Source: Thermodesulfovibrionales bacterium
Lineage (GTDB): Bacteria; Nitrospirota; Thermodesulfovibrionia; Thermodesulfovibrionales; CALJEL01
NCBI GenBank assembly: GCA_041082235.1
Contig: JBDOIG010000091.1
Coordinates: forward strand, 1-52,736
Reading direction: 5' to 3'
Length of the DNA stretch: 52,736 bases
Part shown: one piece after another, positions 48,251-52,736 of the stretch
How positions within the stretch are numbered: position 1 is the first letter of the stretch
Layout: the number at the start of each line of letters is the position of its first letter
Program-made: the position numbers and the translations under genes
Notes under the pieces: generated by a model
What the model saw: only the letters and a program-made list of their open reading frames with translations
Told to the model about the DNA's origin: nothing
The model's database searches: none

Positions 48251-49108
48251 TTATTTTACTGTAAGATTTTGAGGGGGCGCAGGCGAGCCACAAGCTTTAG
48301 CCCGGTCCCAATTGAGAGGTCCTATCATCGGATTACCCTTACAGTCAACATTAAGGGGCTTATCTGTGGTTACTTCTACATCATCAATAAAAGCATACTG
48401 TGTCTTTGGAACTCCTCCATTCCAGTATGTAAATATATATGTTCCAAACTCTTTATCAACTATATCCGTTATCTCCAGCATCGTCTTATGATCCCTATCT
48501 TCTATTACTAAAATACCATCCTTCCATATTCTCATAACGGGAGATATGTTAGACAATTTTACATAAAGCTCTATACTCTGCCACTTTCCCCTGCTAAAAT
48601 AAACATTGGTAGTCGGTTGATAAGGTGTTATTTCGTTTGAAAGGACAATCCTCCCTTGATCATCGGAAAGTATTGATAAAATCCCTCGGGGGCTGTTGTC
48701 TATTGTAAGAATTCGTGCAGTCCTCAGAATCTTAAAAACTGGATGACTTGTAAAATCAAAATCCGGTGGAAAATAAACATACTCCCTTACCCATATTTCA
48801 TCATCGTGGAACAAAGGCGTGTGATACACGATGGTACCACCACACACCGGCCAGCAATCAGAGTCTTTGGGGAAAATAACCTTTGCAGATTTAGAGCCAC
48901 TATGGGAATTTTCACTTGAATAAAATGTTTGAGATAAGGCATCTGTGAACCCTGATGGTCCCTGAGCCTCTTGCCCGATAGTACCGAGCTCAAAATCAGC
49001 AGTTATTGTCCATGCATGTGCACGGATAGAAAAAATAGAAAACGATAGAATGATGAGGAAGACTTTAAAAATTGATACAATGAAGTTATTTTTTCTGTAT
49101 TTTTTCAT
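48251..49108 (-). CDS. Secreted jelly-roll (polysaccharide lyase/LamG-like) protein
   Basis: Signal peptide ending AHA-W, DFE, WVRxYVYFPxDFDF, K..R, GKWQSIExYVK, RIWKDG and YxxIDD pattern. AGGAGGAG RBS. Confidence 0.65.
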   Translation of the reverse strand: MKKYRKNNFIVSIFKVFLIILSFSIFSIRAHAWTITADFELGTIGQEAQGPSGFTDALSQTFYSSENSHSGSKSAKVIFPKDSDCWPVCGGTIVYHTPLFHDDEIWVREYVYFPPDFDFTSHPVFKILRTARILTIDNSPRGILSILSDDQGRIVLSNEITPYQPTTNVYFSRGKWQSIELYVKLSNISPVMRIWKDGILVIEDRDHKTMLEITDIVDKEFGTYIFTYWNGGVPKTQYAFIDDVEVTTDKPLNVDCKGNPMIGPLNWDRAKACGSPAPPQNLTVK

Positions 49109-49140
49109 GAGACACTCCTCCTTTCAACTAACTATTATAT

Positions 49141-49563
49141 TCAAGGTATCATTTTATATCCAGTATTTGAATAATCACTTTCATTACCATCTGCATCATA
49201 GGCAGTTACAGCGAAGTAATAAGTTCCACTTGTAAGATTTCTGATGGTATAAGAACATGTTTGTGGCTGTGCTGTACCAGGGCATGATGATGAACACGGA
49301 GTGCATCCTACATCTATTACTGTAGGGGATTTCCCATTAATCCAATAATAAATCTTATATCCTGCTAAATCATTAAGAGATGTCCCATCAGCATTTATTG
49401 TAGGAGAATCCCAGGTTAAAGTTGCAAAGTTGTTTGAGCCGCTGTTATTATCACTCATTTGAGTAGTTGCTCCACAACTAAAAAGCAATAGTGTCAATAA
49501 TGTAACAATGATATTAGGAGCCACTTTAATATAGCCCTTATATAAAGGTTTCAGTATTAACAT
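49141..49563 (-). CDS. Fibronectin type III domain lipoprotein
   Basis: ATG 49563 with GAGGAGG RBS, LFSC lipobox, TLTWDSP...LAGYKIYY...NLTSGTYYFAVTAYD..GNES.YSN. Confidence 0.82.
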   Translation of the reverse strand: MLILKPLYKGYIKVAPNIIVTLLTLLLFSCGATTQMSDNNSGSNNFATLTWDSPTINADGTSLNDLAGYKIYYWINGKSPTVIDVGCTPCSSSCPGTAQPQTCSYTIRNLTSGTYYFAVTAYDADGNESDYSNTGYKMIP

Positions 49564-49584
49564 TTTGGACCTCCTCAATAGCTT

Positions 49585-49619
49585 AAAAATAAAAGCCGCC
49601 AGAGTCAACTCTGGCGGCT
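49585..49619 (-). terminator. Intrinsic terminator, expression platform of the riboswitch
   Basis: Minus strand AGCCGCCAGAG-UUGA-CUCUGGCGGCU-UUUAUUUUU; its 5' arm overlaps the aptamer 3' strand. Confidence 0.85.
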
Positions 49620-49698
49620 CGGCGGACATGGGAGAAATTCTCCTTTAGTCCCGTTGCTCTGCGTCCCATGGTTTCCCATGGTTTGCTCTGAGCAGAGT
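49608..49698 (-). ncRNA. GEMM-I (c-di-GMP-I class) riboswitch, A20 variant
   Basis: Minus strand ACUCUG-CUCAG-A-GCAAACCAUGG-GAAA-CCAUGGGACGCAGAGC...GGACUAAAGGAGAAUUUCUCCCAUGUCC...GCCGC-CAGAGU shows P1, P2 with GAAA tetraloop, P3 with receptor, A47 and C92 equivalents. Confidence 0.92.
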
Positions 49699-49753
49699 GC
49701 AAAAACTTAAACCTAACAAAGGAAGCTCTTTCAAAGAGCCTTTTTACAATACC

Positions 49754-49796
49754 ATAATAGAAAATTTTTAATCAAATTTCTGTGATTTGAATCACA
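49754..49796 (-). promoter_or_regulatory. CRP-family box and -10 element for the riboswitch-led transcript
   Basis: TGTGA-TTTGAA-TCACA at 49781-49796; minus-strand TATTAT at 49759-49754. Confidence 0.7.
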
Positions 49797-50016
49797 AAAG
49801 GTTGTTTCAAATTCTGTAAATTCAAAAAGGGTCTAATTCTCAATAGATTTTATAGACATCAAATAAGAACGGAGAATTATACCAGTGCATAGAGCTATTT
49901 ATAAGACAGTGAGGATAGAGGTACCCAAAGCGGTGAAGATATAGAGGTGTGTTTAACATATTATAATTACCCTTACCTGCTTTCGAGGATAAGAACAACT
50001 TATAGAGAGGTGACAG

Positions 50017-50748
50017 ATGGTTTCTTTTAAAAGATGGTTAAAGGCACAGAAATATGAGCAATCATATTGGGAAAAAGCTGCAAACCGCATCGCCTCAGGG
50101 ATTTCAGGGCAGTTGAGTTGGTACGGATGGAGAGCGGAAGTACTTGAGAAGCGATTAGTCCAGTACATGCATAATGAGATGAAGAAATTTTCCAAGGTTC
50201 TTGAGATTGGTAGCGGTCCTATTGGAATTGTGAGTTTTCTCAAATGGGGCGATAGATATGCAATTGATCCACTAGAAAAGTTTTATGTCAAAAATCCCAT
50301 TTTAACAAAATTGCGGAATCCTGAGGTTAGATATATGAATGGCACAGGTGAATCTATTCCGTTTAATGATGCTTTTTTTTCATTAGTGATTATAGATAAT
50401 GTTATTGATCATACTAAAGATCCTTTTATAGTTATGAAAGAAATCTATCGTATACTCAAAACTAAAGGTATATTATATATTTCTGTTAATGTTCATACTC
50501 TCTGGGGTGCAAAACTTCATCGCATCCTTTCTACTCTTTCTATAGATAAAGGTCATCCTCATACATTCACTATAAACAGAATTCGTCATCTTATAAAAAC
50601 AAGTGGTTTGAGAATTGAAGAAGAAACAATCGAAAATTATCACGAGGTTAAAAGAAAGGATATTCAGTCAAAGAGTTTGAAGAGTAAGATAAAAGGATAT
50701 ACAGGATTGTCTGAATTTTTATATCAGGCAATCTGTAGGAAGGATTAA
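50017..50748 (+). CDS. Class I SAM-dependent methyltransferase
   Basis: VLEIGSGP, AIDPL, GESIPF, NVIDH and RILKTKG motifs. GAGAGG RBS. Confidence 0.88.
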   Translation: MVSFKRWLKAQKYEQSYWEKAANRIASGISGQLSWYGWRAEVLEKRLVQYMHNEMKKFSKVLEIGSGPIGIVSFLKWGDRYAIDPLEKFYVKNPILTKLRNPEVRYMNGTGESIPFNDAFFSLVIIDNVIDHTKDPFIVMKEIYRILKTKGILYISVNVHTLWGAKLHRILSTLSIDKGHPHTFTINRIRHLIKTSGLRIEEETIENYHEVKRKDIQSKSLKSKIKGYTGLSEFLYQAICRKD

Positions 50749-50836
50749 GTATTTACAACAAGAAATGTAGTGGCCATCTGACATGTAACGATAAGAAATA
50801 ATCTGATATTCAAAGAAAGTTATAGGGAGGAGAAAC

Positions 50837-52144
50837 ATGAGTCTAATTGAAAAGATCAAATCAAAAAAAGCAAACGTGGGTATTATAGGACTTGGTTATG
50901 TAGGTCTTCCTCTTGCAATTGAATTTTGTAAGGCAGGATTTTCAGTGAAAGGTTTTGATGTGGATGAAGAAAAAGTTGAGCTCCTCAGGAATGGTAAAAG
51001 TTATATAAAACATATAAACTCCTATAAGCTCGTGGAATGTGGGGACCTTTTTGTACCAACTTCTGATTTTTCAGGACTTCGTGAGATGGATTGTATCTTA
51101 ATTTGTGTACCAACTCCTCTTAACAGTCACAGAGAACCTGACCTTACCTATGTAGTTAATACTGCTAAAATAGTATCAAGATACCTCAGAAAAAACCAGC
51201 TTGTTGTGCTTGAATCCACTACGTATCCTGGTACTACAGAGGAAGTGATGAAGGCAATACTGGAGGAATCGGGGCTGAAGGCGGGTGATGAGTTCTTTCT
51301 TGCCTATTCACCTGAAAGAGAGGATCCAAACAATACTGATTTTACAACGCGCACCATACCCAAGGTGGTTGGAGGATATTCAAAAAAATGTCTTGAGGTA
51401 GCAAAAACACTCTATGAAATGGTGGTGATGAAGGTAGTCCCTGTATCCTCCCCTCGAGTAGCTGAAGCATCAAAACTCCTTGAGAACATTTATAGAGCTG
51501 TCAATATTGCATTGGTTAATGAACTGAAGATGCTTTTTGATAGAATAGGAATAGACATATGGGAGGTAATAGAGGCTGCAAAGACAAAGCCTTTTGGATT
51601 TCAAGCATTTTATCCTGGCCCGGGACTCGGAGGTCACTGTATTCCTATAGATCCATTTTATCTAACCTGGAAAGCAAGGGAGTATGGATTTAATACCAAG
51701 TTTATTGAATTAGCAGGTGAGATTAACACACACATGCCTTACTATGTTGTAGAAAAAGTGGTTCAGGTGCTGAATAATTTTAAGGTTCCTGTAAATGGTG
51801 CAACAATACTTATTCTTGGGGTTGCATATAAAAGAGATATAGATGACCAAAGGGAATCTCCGGCCTTGAAGATCATTCAGCTGCTAAAGGAAAAAGGTGC
51901 AGCGGTAAAGTATAATGATCCCTATGTACCTGTCTGTCGTGGTCATCGTCATTATCCTGATATAAATATGAAGTCTGTTGAGTTATCAGAAGAAATCTTA
52001 AGAATAACAGACTTGGTCTTACTTGTTACCGATCATTCTGTGTATGACTATACTTTTATCGAAAAATATGCAAATTGTATAATTGATACTCGAAATGCCT
52101 TTGCACGGCACGGGATTAACAGTAAAAAGATTTTCAAGGCATGA
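50837..52144 (+). CDS. Nucleotide-sugar dehydrogenase (UDP-GlcNAc/ManNAc 6-dehydrogenase, WbpA-like)
   Basis: GLGYVGLP, ICVPTP, LESTTYPGTT, SPEREDP, GPGLGGHCIP and DQRESP motifs. Confidence 0.95.
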   Translation: MSLIEKIKSKKANVGIIGLGYVGLPLAIEFCKAGFSVKGFDVDEEKVELLRNGKSYIKHINSYKLVECGDLFVPTSDFSGLREMDCILICVPTPLNSHREPDLTYVVNTAKIVSRYLRKNQLVVLESTTYPGTTEEVMKAILEESGLKAGDEFFLAYSPEREDPNNTDFTTRTIPKVVGGYSKKCLEVAKTLYEMVVMKVVPVSSPRVAEASKLLENIYRAVNIALVNELKMLFDRIGIDIWEVIEAAKTKPFGFQAFYPGPGLGGHCIPIDPFYLTWKAREYGFNTKFIELAGEINTHMPYYVVEKVVQVLNNFKVPVNGATILILGVAYKRDIDDQRESPALKIIQLLKEKGAAVKYNDPYVPVCRGHRHYPDINMKSVELSEEILRITDLVLLVTDHSVYDYTFIEKYANCIIDTRNAFARHGINSKKIFKA

Positions 52145-52154
52145 CAGGAAAAAA

Positions 52155-52736
52155 ATGAATAAAGAATCTCCTTATGTATCAGTTATTATACCAGCATATA
52201 ATGAATCACGATTTATTGGCCTCTGTCTCGAATCCATAAAGAACCAGACTTATAATAAAGAAAGAATTGAGATTATTGTTGTTGATAATGGTTCTATAGA
52301 TAATACTGTAGAGATAGCAAGAAGATACACTGATAAGGTATTCATTGTTCCTAATGTCACGGTTGCAGCTTTAAGGAATTTGGGTGCAAGGAAGGCCTCG
52401 GGTGAGATACTTGCCTTTATTGATGCCGACTGTGTCGCAGAGCCTGAGTGGCTTGAAAGGTCAGTATATAGATTAAATGAAAGGAGATGTGTAACAGGTT
52501 CACAGATAGCTTTAAAAGATAACCTGTCATGGATTGAAAGGGCATGGTTTTCTCAGAGACTCAATGGTGTCAGAAAGGTAAATTATATTAATTCAGGCAA
52601 TCTGATAGTTCCTTATGATATTTTTATGAAAATAGGTGGTTTTAATGAAAGCCTTCATACAGGAGAGGACTATGAATTCTGTATGAGGGCCCAGAGATAT
52701 GTTGATATAATAAGTGATGATAGTATCAGGGTAGTT
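52155..52736 (+). CDS. Glycosyltransferase family 2 (runs off window end)
   Basis: MNKESPYVSVIIPAYNES...VVDNGS.D...RNLG...FIDADC...GGFNE...GED; not in the ORF track because it has no stop in the window. Confidence 0.9.
   Translation, partial: MNKESPYVSVIIPAYNESRFIGLCLESIKNQTYNKERIEIIVVDNGSIDNTVEIARRYTDKVFIVPNVTVAALRNLGARKASGEILAFIDADCVAEPEWLERSVYRLNERRCVTGSQIALKDNLSWIERAWFSQRLNGVRKVNYINSGNLIVPYDIFMKIGGFNESLHTGEDYEFCMRAQRYVDIISDDSIRVV

Noticed and set aside
49564-49629. N-terminal extension of the FN3 ORF from ATG 49629
   Set aside because: It falls inside the riboswitch and terminator; ATG 49563 has a strong RBS.
50764-50780. GTAGTGGCC shared with 9866-9874 beside repeat copy 2
   Set aside because: Only ~9-12 bp match and no arm sequence follows, so chance is a sufficient explanation.

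Overview
Bacterial chromosomal segment. Gene content and style suggest a thermophilic anaerobe of the Nitrospirota/Thermodesulfovibrionales or deltaproteobacterial type; this is inference only. Bases 1-17.7 kb are housekeeping-like: an AsrA/AsrB (Flx-like) Fe-S/flavoprotein pair, a ZIP transporter, an hsp20-ino1-PIP synthase-RHH operon, USP, a small Ala/Pro lipoprotein, rimP-nusA-recG, pilD, a PAS kinase and a MoxR-DUF58-transglutaminase operon. Three copies of an unannotated ~150-190 bp intergenic element with long inverted arms also lie here. Bases 17.8-52.7 kb are a visibly more AT-rich exopolysaccharide locus of the PEP-CTERM/exosortase-A-associated type. It is headed by an atypical soluble kinase and a sigma54 activator, and has a clear -24/-12 promoter with three TGTWWC-N5-GNWACA boxes, a NusG-paralogue antiterminator and many tailoring enzymes. 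The most notable element is an inverted two-gene cassette inside this locus (48.2-49.8 kb). It sits behind a perfect CRP-type box and a GEMM-I riboswitch with A at the ligand-discriminating position 20, making it a candidate 3',3'-cGAMP ON-switch. It encodes an FN3 lipoprotein that seems to lack its first beta-strand and a secreted lyase-like protein whose C-terminal tail looks like that missing strand.
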